Of a stretch of DNA of 64,000 nt, positions 39,768 to 49,050 are shown piece after piece. This DNA comes from an uncultured bacterium. Lineage in GTDB: Bacteria; Bacillota; Clostridia; Lachnospirales; Lachnospiraceae. The stretch is from positions 26,681-90,680 of the forward strand of contig CAJMQE010000002.1 of assembly GCA_905215405.1 (NCBI GenBank), given 5' to 3'. The notes beneath the pieces were generated by a model. It searched no databases. It had not been told where the DNA came from and saw nothing but the letters and a program-made list of their open reading frames with translations. Position numbers and translations under genes: made by a program. Position 1 is the first letter of the stretch. The number at the start of each line of letters is the position of its first letter.

Positions 39768-40628
39768 ATGGGAAACATATCTTTAAAAGGTGTCATCGAT
39801 ATGCATGTTCATACGAATCCTGATCTGAGGATCCGAGCATATGATGATTTTGAACTGACAGAAGCTGCTATTCATGCAGGCGCCCGCGCAATTGTGATTA
39901 AGACTCACCAGGGAATGACCGCTGACAGAGCTTATCTGTGCAACCGCTATAATGAACGGGTGCACCATGGAGATAACAATTTCACAATGTTCGGCAGTAT
40001 CACACTGAACCGTGTCATCGGTGGTATCAATCCCGCTGCCGTAGAAAGCGGATTAAAGCTTGGTGCAAAAGTCGTATGGCTGCCAACTTCCTCTGCAAAA
40101 AATCATCTAATGCAGATGAAAAAAGATCCTTCCGCCTGTGTTGAAGTCGTACGGGATGGGAAGATCGTCCCAGAATTGAACGATGTATTTTCTCTGATCA
40201 AAGAACATGATGCAGTTCTTGGCACTGCCCACATTTCTCCAAAAGAATGTTTTACCGTTGTGGAAGCTGCAAAAAATGCAGGTCTTAAGAAAATCGTGGT
40301 CACCCATCCGGAATGGTGGCTGGTCGGCATGAGCGTCGAGGACCAAGTTCGACTTGTCAAGGACTATGATGTCATTCTCGAACACTGTTATGCGCAGAAT
40401 CTTGGAGGTGGAAAGTATAAAAGTAATCTGCCCTGCAATCTGGAGATCATCAAAGAAGTCGGATATCACAATGTCATGGTCGATACCGATGGAGGACAGG
40501 TTGAAAATCCACACTGGGAACTTGCCATGCAGGAATATATGCAGTATCTCGTCGATCATGGAATTCCAGAGGAGCAGGTCACTTATATGACTCACGACAT
40601 TCCAGTCAGACTACTTGGAATCGAATAA
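39768..40628 (+). CDS. Amidohydrolase-superfamily-like metal-dependent hydrolase (uncharacterised family)
   Basis: N-terminal DMHVH metal-ligand motif, later GTAH, THPE and DTDGG segments. About 287 aa. The second ATG is preferred because AAAGGA lies 8 nt upstream of it. Confidence 0.65.
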   Translation: MGNISLKGVIDMHVHTNPDLRIRAYDDFELTEAAIHAGARAIVIKTHQGMTADRAYLCNRYNERVHHGDNNFTMFGSITLNRVIGGINPAAVESGLKLGAKVVWLPTSSAKNHLMQMKKDPSACVEVVRDGKIVPELNDVFSLIKEHDAVLGTAHISPKECFTVVEAAKNAGLKKIVVTHPEWWLVGMSVEDQVRLVKDYDVILEHCYAQNLGGGKYKSNLPCNLEIIKEVGYHNVMVDTDGGQVENPHWELAMQEYMQYLVDHGIPEEQVTYMTHDIPVRLLGIE

Positions 40629-40662
40629 CCACAGCAGCTAAACACACAAGGGAGGTTTTACA

Positions 40663-41958
40663 ATGCTTAGTATACTCATCGTTCTTGCAATTGCAGTCGC
40701 AATTGCAATTGGCTACCGTACAAAATATAACACTGGTCTGTTTGCAATCGCTTTTGCATTTCTGATCGGATGTTTTGCAATGGGACTTGCACCAAAAGAA
40801 GTCATTGCCGGTTGGCCAGTCAGTACCATGTTCGTGATCTTTTCCGTTTCCCTGTTTTATAATTTTGCACTTGTGAACGGGACTCTAGAAAAAACAGCAC
40901 GCTATATCCTTTATGCCTGTCGGAAACATCCCGGCCTGCTTCCATTTGCACTCTATATTGCCGCAGCTTCCATCGCTGCCATGGGCGCTGGTTTCTTTAC
41001 CGTCATGGCGTTTATGGCTCCAGTCACCCTGTTGATCTGTGAAGAAGCACGAATGAACAAACTGGTTGGTGCCATCGCTGTTAACTGTGGTGCATTATCT
41101 GGTGCGAACTTTATGACAAGCGGAAGCGGCATTATATTTCGCGGTCTTATGGACACTGCTGGTTATACCGAGCAGTCCTTCCACTACACCACGATCATCT
41201 TTATCGCCAGCATTCTTTTCTCTCTGGTGCTGATCGCTGCATTTCGCTATATTCCTGCTGCGAACCGTAATATTGGCCGAGACATCACATTTGAAAAGCC
41301 AGAACCATTTAGTGCAAAACAGCGCACTAATCTGTTACTGATTATTTTCATGATCGTGCTGGTCCTGATTTTCCCTGTCTTACATAGTATTCTTCCTCAC
41401 AATGCGACAATCACCTATATTAATAGTAAAATGGATGTTGGTCTTGTCTCTATAGTTTTCTGTGTCATCGCCCTGTTCTTAAAGCTGGCACCACAGAAGG
41501 AAGTCATTGCAAAAATACCATGGAATACGATCATCATGATCTGTGGTGTCGGTATGCTGATCAACATCGCTATCAAAGCCGGAACCATTCAGGCACTTGC
41601 TGACTGGGCCGGTAGTAGTCTTCCAGCATGGTGCGTCCCAATTGCATTTAGTATTGTCGGTGCTGTTATGAGCTTCTTTTCGAGCACCCTCGGAGTTGTC
41701 TGTCCGGCTCTGTTTCCACTTGTTCCAGCATTGGCCGCAAGCACAGGAATCTCTCCAGTCGTGATCTTCTCCTGCATTGTCATTGGTGCACAGAGCTCTG
41801 CCATATCTCCATTTTCATCTGGTGGCAGTCTAATTCTTGGCTCCTGTTCCACTGACGAAGAACGTAATTCCATGTTTACACAGCTGCTCTTTATTGCAGT
41901 TCCATGTAGCGTACTAGCTGCAACAGCGTTTAATTTTATTCTCTCCGTCATTCTGTAA
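40663..41958 (+). CDS. Polytopic permease (ion-transporter superfamily, CitMHS/ArsB/NhaD-like)
   Basis: 431 aa, about 11-12 TMs, Gly/Ala-rich hairpin-like segments. GGGAGG lies upstream. Family assignment is by general resemblance only. Confidence 0.7.
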   Translation: MLSILIVLAIAVAIAIGYRTKYNTGLFAIAFAFLIGCFAMGLAPKEVIAGWPVSTMFVIFSVSLFYNFALVNGTLEKTARYILYACRKHPGLLPFALYIAAASIAAMGAGFFTVMAFMAPVTLLICEEARMNKLVGAIAVNCGALSGANFMTSGSGIIFRGLMDTAGYTEQSFHYTTIIFIASILFSLVLIAAFRYIPAANRNIGRDITFEKPEPFSAKQRTNLLLIIFMIVLVLIFPVLHSILPHNATITYINSKMDVGLVSIVFCVIALFLKLAPQKEVIAKIPWNTIIMICGVGMLINIAIKAGTIQALADWAGSSLPAWCVPIAFSIVGAVMSFFSSTLGVVCPALFPLVPALAASTGISPVVIFSCIVIGAQSSAISPFSSGGSLILGSCSTDEERNSMFTQLLFIAVPCSVLAATAFNFILSVIL

Positions 41959-42010
41959 GAAGTGCAACTGAGAGATATCTACCAATCAAAATACACTAAT
42001 ACTGCAATAG

Positions 42011-42068
42011 AAAAGCAGGGAGACCGGTACGGCTTTCAACTCCATACCAGTCCCTCTGCTTCTTTTTA
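42011..42068 (+). terminator. Terminator after the permease gene
   Basis: AAAAGCAGGGAGAC...GTCCCTCTGCTTCTTTTT, an imperfect stem with an inner GGTAC..ATACC helix. Confidence 0.5.
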
Positions 42069-42133
42069 TCCAGATCCTGTGCTACATTTTTCCTGTCTGT
42101 CTTCCATTCTCCATCTATTTTCATTTTCCAATC

Positions 42134-42175
42134 AAAAAAAGCACTTCATGACAATCTGTCATAAAATGCTTTTTT
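42134..42175. terminator. Bidirectional hairpin; on the minus strand it terminates the 52-aa ORF
   Basis: AAAAAAAGCACTTCATGACA-ATC-TGTCATAAAATGCTTTTTT. Confidence 0.5.
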
Positions 42176-42190
42176 AGAATTTATCTTATA

Positions 42191-42349
42191 TTATGCCTGC
42201 TCAATATAGTCATCAATATCCTCAAAAAATACCTGTTCTTTTTCTCTAATTCCTTCATTTCCTTCTGAATCCTTTGCTGTTTTGTAAAGGAATTCTCCCA
42301 TAACATAAGGTCCAAAGATAGATTTTAAAGATTCCGTATTTTTCTTCAT
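42191..42349 (-). CDS. Putative 52-aa acidic protein (below the ORF-track size cut-off)
   Basis: My translation is MKKNTESLKSIFGPYVMGEFLYKTAKDSEGNEGIREKEQVFFEDIDDYIEQA. GGAGG lies 8 nt upstream of the ATG and a hairpin terminator lies just downstream. Confidence 0.45.
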   Translation of the reverse strand: MKKNTESLKSIFGPYVMGEFLYKTAKDSEGNEGIREKEQVFFEDIDDYIEQA

Positions 42350-42551
42350 AACGCATTACCTCCAATAATCAGATACTCATTTTCTACGTGTGCCTGACAC
42401 TATGTGCTGCTATCCAGCTCTTTTTATGCTTTTATTCTAACACTAGAGCTGTCATCTTAGCAGACAGAGAAATGCGATACACGCTATCGATAAAATAGAT
42501 GGTCTGACCAGAACGTTTTATGCGTCTTCCTGCGGATCTGATTCCTGTATT

Positions 42552-42791
42552 CTACAGATATTCAAACATTTCTTTTGCTTCGTCCTTCTTGGTCGTCTCC
42601 TTAATATCCGTGACCTTTACCTTTACAGACTTCGTACCGAACTGAATTTCAATAATATCCCCCAGTTTCACATCAACAGATGCCTTAGCCACTTTATCAT
42701 TGATCATTACTCTGCCTGCATCACATGCATCGTTGGCCACTGTTCTTCTTTTGATCAGTCTTGATACTTTTAAATATTTATCCAGTCTCAT
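42552..42791 (-). CDS. rqcP: S4-domain RNA-binding protein (YabO/RqcP family)
   Basis: MRLDKYLKVSRLIKRRTVANDACDAGRVMINDK... is an S4 domain. 79 aa, downstream of hup and mazG as in other Clostridia. Confidence 0.85.
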   Translation of the reverse strand: MRLDKYLKVSRLIKRRTVANDACDAGRVMINDKVAKASVDVKLGDIIEIQFGTKSVKVKVTDIKETTKKDEAKEMFEYL

Positions 42792-42915
42792 ATGAACCCT
42801 CCAATTCCGTAAACTAAAAATAAGACTACCAGTTCACTGCATGATTCCGAAGAACCATACAGATTCAAATAGTAGTCTTATCTTAACACATAGTAATTAT
42901 TTTTCAAATAATTAA

Positions 42916-43191
42916 TTAAGCATTTACCATATCTTTTAATGCTTTACCAGCTTTAAATTTAGGTGCTTTTGATGCAGGGATTTCGATAGCTTCGCCTGTC
43001 TGTGGGTTTTTACCTGTTCTAGCAGCTCTATCTGATACTTCAAATGTACCAAATCCAACTAACTGAATCTTTTCCCCTTTTTTTAACTCTTCACTTACGA
43101 CATCAATGAATGCCTTTAAAGCCATTTCACTGTCTTTTTTTGATAATTGAGTCTTCTCAGCAATAGAAGCAACTAATTCTGTCTTATTCAT
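42916..43191 (-). CDS. hup: DNA-binding protein HU
   Basis: [36 protein letters not shown]...[24 protein letters not shown]...[11 protein letters not shown]. Confidence 0.97.
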   Translation of the reverse strand: MNKTELVASIAEKTQLSKKDSEMALKAFIDVVSEELKKGEKIQLVGFGTFEVSDRAARTGKNPQTGEAIEIPASKAPKFKAGKALKDMVNA

Positions 43192-43216
43192 GCTAAAAGC
43201 TCCTCCTCCAATGTAA

Positions 43217-44002
43217 TCATAATTTGTAGGCCTCTGACCTAACTGTTCTATTTATATACTTTTCAGTCGCTTTTGTCAAGGATTTTTCGGCATTTACGCC
43301 CATTTCTTCGGCAATAGAGACAACATCAAATAACAATTTACCAACTATATCTTCGGATTCATTTTTATTGTCATAATTATCCTTTGAAGCCTGTTCATTT
43401 ACTTCCTGTTTCAGCTTCAAATTCTCAAGTAAAGACTCTATTTGGCAAATTGTATCTGTTAATCTGAAAGTTTCTCCATATTCTCTGACTGCTTTCCTTA
43501 CGACTTTCTGTGTACGGATCGTGCCTGGAAATGCCTTCGGAATCTGCTCCAGTGGATTCTTTTCCCGGATCTTTAAGACCTGTGGATCAATTTTTCCCTG
43601 TTGCACCAGTTCCTCGAGCTCCCTGCGTTTCTCCTGTTTTTCCTGTTTTTTTATTTCTTCCCAGGATAATTTCTGTTCTTGATTTTCTGCCTGCGCAAAG
43701 ATTGCCGGATGTCTTCTGATCATCTTTTGCGTTACTTCACTTATTACATCATCCAGTGTAAATTGCTCCTTTTCCTGTGCGAGTACACTATGGAAAACGA
43801 CCTGAAGCAGCACATCACCCAGTTCTTCCCGCAAATTAAGAGTATCCTGGTTACTGATGGCTTCAATAACTTCATAACATTCTTCGATCAGACAGCTCTG
43901 AAGGCTCTCATGGGTCTGAACTTTATCCCAGGGACACCCTTGTGGGCTCCTGAGTTTCCTGACCACTTCCGTCAGATCTGTAATTGTATATTGATTCTGC
44001 AT
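43217..44002 (-). CDS. mazG: MazG nucleotide pyrophosphohydrolase (YabN-like)
   Basis: [12 protein letters not shown]...[10 protein letters not shown]...[12 protein letters not shown] motif set, with a second degenerate MazG repeat. Confidence 0.9.
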   Translation of the reverse strand: MQNQYTITDLTEVVRKLRSPQGCPWDKVQTHESLQSCLIEECYEVIEAISNQDTLNLREELGDVLLQVVFHSVLAQEKEQFTLDDVISEVTQKMIRRHPAIFAQAENQEQKLSWEEIKKQEKQEKRRELEELVQQGKIDPQVLKIREKNPLEQIPKAFPGTIRTQKVVRKAVREYGETFRLTDTICQIESLLENLKLKQEVNEQASKDNYDNKNESEDIVGKLLFDVVSIAEEMGVNAEKSLTKATEKYINRTVRSEAYKL

Positions 44003-44062
44003 TTTCGGACTCCACCTTTATTCTGCTCATTTGTATTCAGCAATCGTCCGGTGCAGGTCTTC

Positions 44063-44614
44063 TTATGCTTCCATCTGGCGTCCAAGGAATCCAGCTGCTG
44101 CCTGAGCCAGTTTCTGTTCTACTTCGCCAAATTTTGCTTTCGTGTCTTTTGTCATAATGATAACAGAACCGATTGCATCACCTTCACAGATAATTGGTGA
44201 AATGACCTGGAATTTATATTCTTCATCACCTTCTTCTCCTGTTACAGAGATGAATTTTCTGTCATCTGAAGATGCAGTAATGCTCTCTCTTCCATCTATA
44301 ACACCTTCGAGTGTCTTACTGATTGGCTTGGACAAAAGATCTTTTCTGCTTCCACCTGCTACTGCATTAATCTGATCTCTGTCAGTAATACATACAACAT
44401 AACCTGTTGTCTGTGCAAGTGATTCCGCATACTGCCTTGCAAATAATCCCAGTTCGCCGATTGGAGAGTACTTTTTCAGTATAATCTCTCCCTCGCGGTC
44501 TGTAAAGATTTCAAGAGGATCTCCTTCTCTGATTCTCAGTGTTCTTCTGATCTCCTTTGGAATTACTACCCTTCCCAGGTCATCTATTCTTCTTACTATA
44601 CCTGTTGCCTTCAC
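44063..44614 (-). CDS. spoVT: Stage V sporulation regulator SpoVT (AbrB N-domain plus GAF-like C-domain)
   Basis: (GTG)KATGIVRRIDDLGRVVIPKEIRRTLRIREGDPLEIF. GGAGG lies 7 nt upstream of the GTG at 44614. Confidence 0.9.
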   Translation of the reverse strand: MKATGIVRRIDDLGRVVIPKEIRRTLRIREGDPLEIFTDREGEIILKKYSPIGELGLFARQYAESLAQTTGYVVCITDRDQINAVAGGSRKDLLSKPISKTLEGVIDGRESITASSDDRKFISVTGEEGDEEYKFQVISPIICEGDAIGSVIIMTKDTKAKFGEVEQKLAQAAAGFLGRQMEA

Positions 44615-44735
44615 AATTTTTCCTCCATTTAGCCATTTTATTGTCATAATTTAACTATGTCAGTATTATTTGTTAAATAGAGGTAGTTTATACATTTTCA
44701 GTAAAAAATTACTTACAACTTTTCAACAAATAAAA

Positions 44736-44927
44736 TTATTCCCAGAATAATTCATCCAGTGTTTTACCAAGTACTTTGCATATTCCGATACACAATCTGA
44801 TCGTCGGATTGTAATCTCCCTTTTCTATCGCACTGATTGTCTGTCTTGATACATGTACGCGCTCCGCAAGTTCCTGCTGCGACATGTCATAAGCTGCTCT
44901 TGCTGATTTCAATTTCAGATTCTTCAT
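44736..44927 (-). CDS. Small XRE-family HTH regulator (YozG-like)
   Basis: 63 aa: ...MSQQELAERVHVSRQTISAIEKGDYNPTIRLCIGICKVLGKTLDELF. Confidence 0.9.
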   Translation of the reverse strand: MKNLKLKSARAAYDMSQQELAERVHVSRQTISAIEKGDYNPTIRLCIGICKVLGKTLDELFWE

Positions 44928-44940
44928 AATTTCTTCTTTC

Positions 44941-45525
44941 TTAATCTGGTCGCCTGTTAATCCATTTTTTGCACAGAGCTGCGGTGATGATAACCGTACC
45001 CATCACAGCGATTAAAAAGTTCCCATTAATTCGTAATCCCGCATCCGTTATTTTTGTTAAACCGCCATGAATTAAAAGTCGAATTGCTATTAACCAATTG
45101 AGCAAAACCCCAACTGCCAGAATTATATACTCCTTATTTCCCTTCTTCGAAAACGAAACATAGGCATCATTTAAAATGCACACTACTGCAAATACCATTA
45201 CTCCAAGCAACACCGCCACAAATGCTGATGTTGAACTGTCAAAGAGCCTTCTCTCCATGACCTGCTCTGCGATTACCCGCAAAAGTTCAAATCCCACAAT
45301 TGTAAAAAAAGCGTTCTGAAATGCTTTCCCCCTTGCTATTTGCTGTCTCTCATCATATTCTCCACAATGTTGTATCTTATATAACCATAGTGCTACTGCC
45401 AGGATTATAAATATGCATAGTCCAACAGTAACACCCATATAAATGGCTGAATTACTGTTCAAAAAATCACCTCGTGTACTGAATTTTAAATTATGCCATA
45501 ATATAACATATATTTTACCGTGCAT
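44941..45525 (-). CDS. Polytopic membrane protein co-transcribed with the XRE regulator
   Basis: About 4 TMs, 13 nt upstream of the XRE gene. The true start is probably internal (TTG near 45462 or ATG at 45438). Confidence 0.55.
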   Translation of the reverse strand: MHGKIYVILWHNLKFSTRGDFLNSNSAIYMGVTVGLCIFIILAVALWLYKIQHCGEYDERQQIARGKAFQNAFFTIVGFELLRVIAEQVMERRLFDSSTSAFVAVLLGVMVFAVVCILNDAYVSFSKKGNKEYIILAVGVLLNWLIAIRLLIHGGLTKITDAGLRINGNFLIAVMGTVIITAALCKKWINRRPD

Positions 45526-45833
45526 AAACTATATTTTACATTTTTGTCATTTTCTAACATAATTCTTCTAATTTCGACAATCTTAATCTGTATATTTTTC
45601 CTAGAAATATTTTATCAGGGTAACAGGCTGACTTGCGTAAAAAGCGGCTTTACAATATCTGATAAGCTCTTCATTTTCTATGAATAACCTATTTTGATAT
45701 GTATCGCCGCTTTTATTATTTCTCTATTTCGGTTTACTTTTTTTGATTCGTGCTACCAAATATATACATTACTATTTATGTTTGCTACTTGTTTTTTGCA
45801 ACTTAATAAATTTTCTCTTTTTCACTATGGTAT

Positions 45834-45967
45834 TTCTATCGTCTTTTCCTTGGTACTTCTATCATTGTTATCTTTGCTACTTCTATCGTCTTTCCCTTTG
45901 GTACTTCTATTTTTGTTATCTTTGCTACTTCTATCGTCTTTCCCTTTGGTTCTTCTATCCTTGCTAC
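45834..45967. repeat. Tandem repeat of about 48 bp, roughly 2.8 copies, merging into the 3' end of the alsS-like CDS
   Basis: Units begin with TTCTATCGTCTTT(T/C)CC at 45834, 45881 and 45929. The last unit runs into the stop codon region of the acetolactate synthase-like gene. Confidence 0.9.
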
Positions 45968-47739
45968 TTTTCGTCTTCCAGTTCTTTCACGACTTTTTTC
46001 AGGTGTTCGGTGAGCTTTGTGTTTTCACTGTAATCCACGAGACAGTCAATGATGCATGGTCTTTGTGATGCAAATGCTTCTTCCAGTGTCGGAATAAGAT
46101 CCTGTGCCTTTTCAATCCGATAACCATTTGCGTGAAAGCTCTCTGCCAGTTGTACAAAATCCGGATTCGTAAAATCAACAAAACAATGTTCATGGAAACG
46201 GTCATCCTGTTTCCATTTGATCAGACCATAACTACTGTCATTTAAAATGAGGACAACAATTGGAATATTCATTCTTACTGCTGTTTCAAATTCCTGACAA
46301 TTCATCATAAATCCGCCATCCCCAGAAATAGCAAGCACTTTCTTATCCGGATTGATCAATTTTGCTGACACTGCGCCTGGCACTGCAATTCCCATGGTTG
46401 CAAAGCCATTGGAAATCAAGCATGTCTTTGGTCTGTAGCAATTATAGTGTCTGGAGATCCACATTTTATGTGCTCCTACATCGGAAATCACAATGTCGTC
46501 TTCTCCCATGACTTTTCGTACATCATAAAGAATTTTCTGTGGCTTCATTGGAAATGCGTCATCTGACCCATAGCTTTCATGCTCTTCTACCAGCTTTTGC
46601 TTGATCTTTAACGCATATTCAGGCTCCTGCTTGCGATGACATCTCTTTGTGATCTTTTCCAGTGAATTGCTGATGTCTCCGACCACTTCCACATCAGGCT
46701 GATACAGTTTGTTGATATGAGCTGGACGGGAGTCGATATGTATGATTTTGTGATTGTCCTGCATGTTCCACTTCATAGGTGCAAATTCCACAATATCGTA
46801 GCCTATAGCCAGTACCAGATCAGCTTTTTCAAGAATTATATTCTGGTAATCCTTCTGTGGAATACCGACCGTCCACATGGAGTATGGATTATCATACGAA
46901 ATGATTCCCTTTGCCATCATCGTATTAATGACCGGTATCTTTAATTTATTGGCAAAATCGGTCAAAGCCTCAGCTGCGTCAGCTCTAACAGCTGAATGTC
47001 CCGCAAGGATCACTGGATTTTCTGCAGAAAATATCTCTGCTGCGGCATCTTCGATAGCTGTAATATCTGCATATTCTTTTACAATTGCAGGTTTTCTTAA
47101 TGTCTTTCTGGCCACGCCTTCCGGCACCTGTAACTTTGCAATATCTTCAGGTAGATTGATATGCGTTGCGCCTGGTTTTTCATTTTCTGCATATTTAAAT
47201 GCAAGCCTTGTGATTTCATTCACTGACTCTGGACGCATAATGACTTTTGTCCTTTTGGTAATCGGCTTGAACAATGTTTCCAGATCCAGATACTGATGGG
47301 ATGTCAAATGCATTTTGTCCGTGCTCAGCTGTCCTGTAATTGCAACGAGCGGTGCACCATCGCTATTTGCATCAGCAACTCCTGTAATGAGATTTGTCGC
47401 TCCAGGCCCTAATGTCGAAAGACACACTCCTGCTTTTCCAGTCAGTCTTCCATAGACATCGGCCATAAATGCGGCTCCCTGCTCATGTCTGACGGTTATG
47501 AACTGAATTTTAGAGTGTTTTAGGGCATTCATCACATCAAGATTTTCTTCTCCTGGAATACCAAATACATATTCCACTCCCTCATGTTCAAGTCCTTTTA
47601 CAAGCATTTCCGCAACATTTAAGGATTCATTCTCTCCAGGATCTGTAAATGTAGGTTCTGCCTTCTTTTTTTCCTGTGTTATTTCTGTACTTTTACCAGT
47701 TCTCGTGCTGCTGGCCAGTTCATCGTTTTGTTTTTCCAT
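45964..47739 (-). CDS. alsS: Acetolactate synthase-like thiamine-diphosphate enzyme (catabolic AlsS type)
   Basis: N-terminal TPP-pyrimidine domain (VEYVFGIPGEE...RHEQGAAFMA), a central domain, and a C-terminal TPP motif ISGDGGFMMNCQE...LND. Start taken at MEKQNDEL, after GGAG. Divergent LysR neighbour. Confidence 0.88.
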   Translation of the reverse strand: MEKQNDELASSTRTGKSTEITQEKKKAEPTFTDPGENESLNVAEMLVKGLEHEGVEYVFGIPGEENLDVMNALKHSKIQFITVRHEQGAAFMADVYGRLTGKAGVCLSTLGPGATNLITGVADANSDGAPLVAITGQLSTDKMHLTSHQYLDLETLFKPITKRTKVIMRPESVNEITRLAFKYAENEKPGATHINLPEDIAKLQVPEGVARKTLRKPAIVKEYADITAIEDAAAEIFSAENPVILAGHSAVRADAAEALTDFANKLKIPVINTMMAKGIISYDNPYSMWTVGIPQKDYQNIILEKADLVLAIGYDIVEFAPMKWNMQDNHKIIHIDSRPAHINKLYQPDVEVVGDISNSLEKITKRCHRKQEPEYALKIKQKLVEEHESYGSDDAFPMKPQKILYDVRKVMGEDDIVISDVGAHKMWISRHYNCYRPKTCLISNGFATMGIAVPGAVSAKLINPDKKVLAISGDGGFMMNCQEFETAVRMNIPIVVLILNDSSYGLIKWKQDDRFHEHCFVDFTNPDFVQLAESFHANGYRIEKAQDLIPTLEEAFASQRPCIIDCLVDYSENTKLTEHLKKVVKELEDEK

Positions 47740-48052
47740 ATCTGCACTCCATTTCTCTTTTTGTATCTGGACGAAAAAAAGACGTGCTCCCCTTACCGGT
47801 CGCACGTCTTTGTGTTCTGATCATCCAAAATGACAATATCTGATTTTCCTACTAATAATTCTTAACAAAAATAGCCTTTCTACCGCTACTTCTGCCCAGA
47901 TGAGCCATTCCACATTACATTCTTCGAATATGAAAATGCCTCATTGAATTGCTTAAAATAATAATCTATAATCACTCACAAAGCAAACAGTTATTTTTGA
48001 AAATGCCCACAGCCTTTAGGTTGTGACTGATCGAAATGCAAAGGAGAACCTT

Positions 48053-48979
48053 ATGATTACATTTACTCAGTTTCACTATTTTCTTGTAGTCGCAAGAGAA
48101 CGAAGTTTTACAAAAGCAGCACGTCATCTCTATATTTCCCAACAGTCCCTGAGCAACCATATCCAAACACTTGAAAAAGAACTGAATATCCGCCTGTTCG
48201 AACGTACCACACCTTTGACTCTGACTTATGCAGGATCTGTATTTCAACGATACGCACAACGGTTTACCATGCTGGAAAATGATCTGACTGCAGAAATCGA
48301 TGATATCAACAATAATCAAAAAGGAACCTTCTGCTTAGGTATTCCCTATAATCGTGGTGCAATTGTTCTGCCCCAGCTGCTTCCAATCGTAAAGCAGGAG
48401 TTTCCACAGATCGAATTTTCCATTATTGAGGCAAACTATGCCGAATTGCAGAAAAAACTTGCCGAAGGAGATCTGGACATTATCCTGGAACAACTTCCCT
48501 TTACCGACAAGACAATAGCTGGGATCGCTATCAGTCAGGACGAGCTCTGCATGCTCGTCTCAGACGGTTTTCTTTATCAAAAGTTTCAGGATCGAGCAGA
48601 TGCTGTAAAAGCGGAGCTTTATCGAACTGGGAAGATTTCTCTGCTTTCTGGCAGCCCTCTCCTTTTAAGTAAACCAGGTAATTCAATGCGTGCCAGAATC
48701 GAGAAAATTCTGCTGTCCGAAGGAATTCAACCGGAATCCAATATCGAAACTGAAAATCTGAGTACACTCCTGAATCTATGCGCCAGCCATTATGGTATCA
48801 CTTTCTACCCCCGGATCTTTTTTGAGAGTTCTCATGGTATTTCTCTTCCTGAACATGTCAATGTCATACCTCTCCAATATCCTGATGCCCGCTATACCCT
48901 CGGCATCGGTTACCGCAGATCCCACTATCTGTCCCGTATTTCAACTCGGATCATTCAACTGCTGAAAGATATGGATTAG
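48053..48979 (+). CDS. LysR-family transcriptional regulator (AlsR-like by position)
   Basis: MITFTQFHYFLVVARERSFTKAARHLYISQQSLSNHIQTLE HTH. AAAGGAG lies upstream. Divergent from the alsS-like gene. Confidence 0.9.
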   Translation: MITFTQFHYFLVVARERSFTKAARHLYISQQSLSNHIQTLEKELNIRLFERTTPLTLTYAGSVFQRYAQRFTMLENDLTAEIDDINNNQKGTFCLGIPYNRGAIVLPQLLPIVKQEFPQIEFSIIEANYAELQKKLAEGDLDIILEQLPFTDKTIAGIAISQDELCMLVSDGFLYQKFQDRADAVKAELYRTGKISLLSGSPLLLSKPGNSMRARIEKILLSEGIQPESNIETENLSTLLNLCASHYGITFYPRIFFESSHGISLPEHVNVIPLQYPDARYTLGIGYRRSHYLSRISTRIIQLLKDMD

Positions 48980-49050
48980 TCTTTACTGGCTCGCATTTCT
49001 GCGATAGAATGGGAACAAAGAATACAATAGCAAAAAAGATAAAATGATAT

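Noticed and set aside
45694-46068. Plus-strand Leu/Ser/Phe-rich ORFs (124 aa and 96 aa) over the 48-bp repeats
   Set aside because: The repetitive LLSLLLLSSFPLV sequence is a translation artefact of the tandem repeat. The ORFs run antisense into the alsS 3' end and have no RBS.
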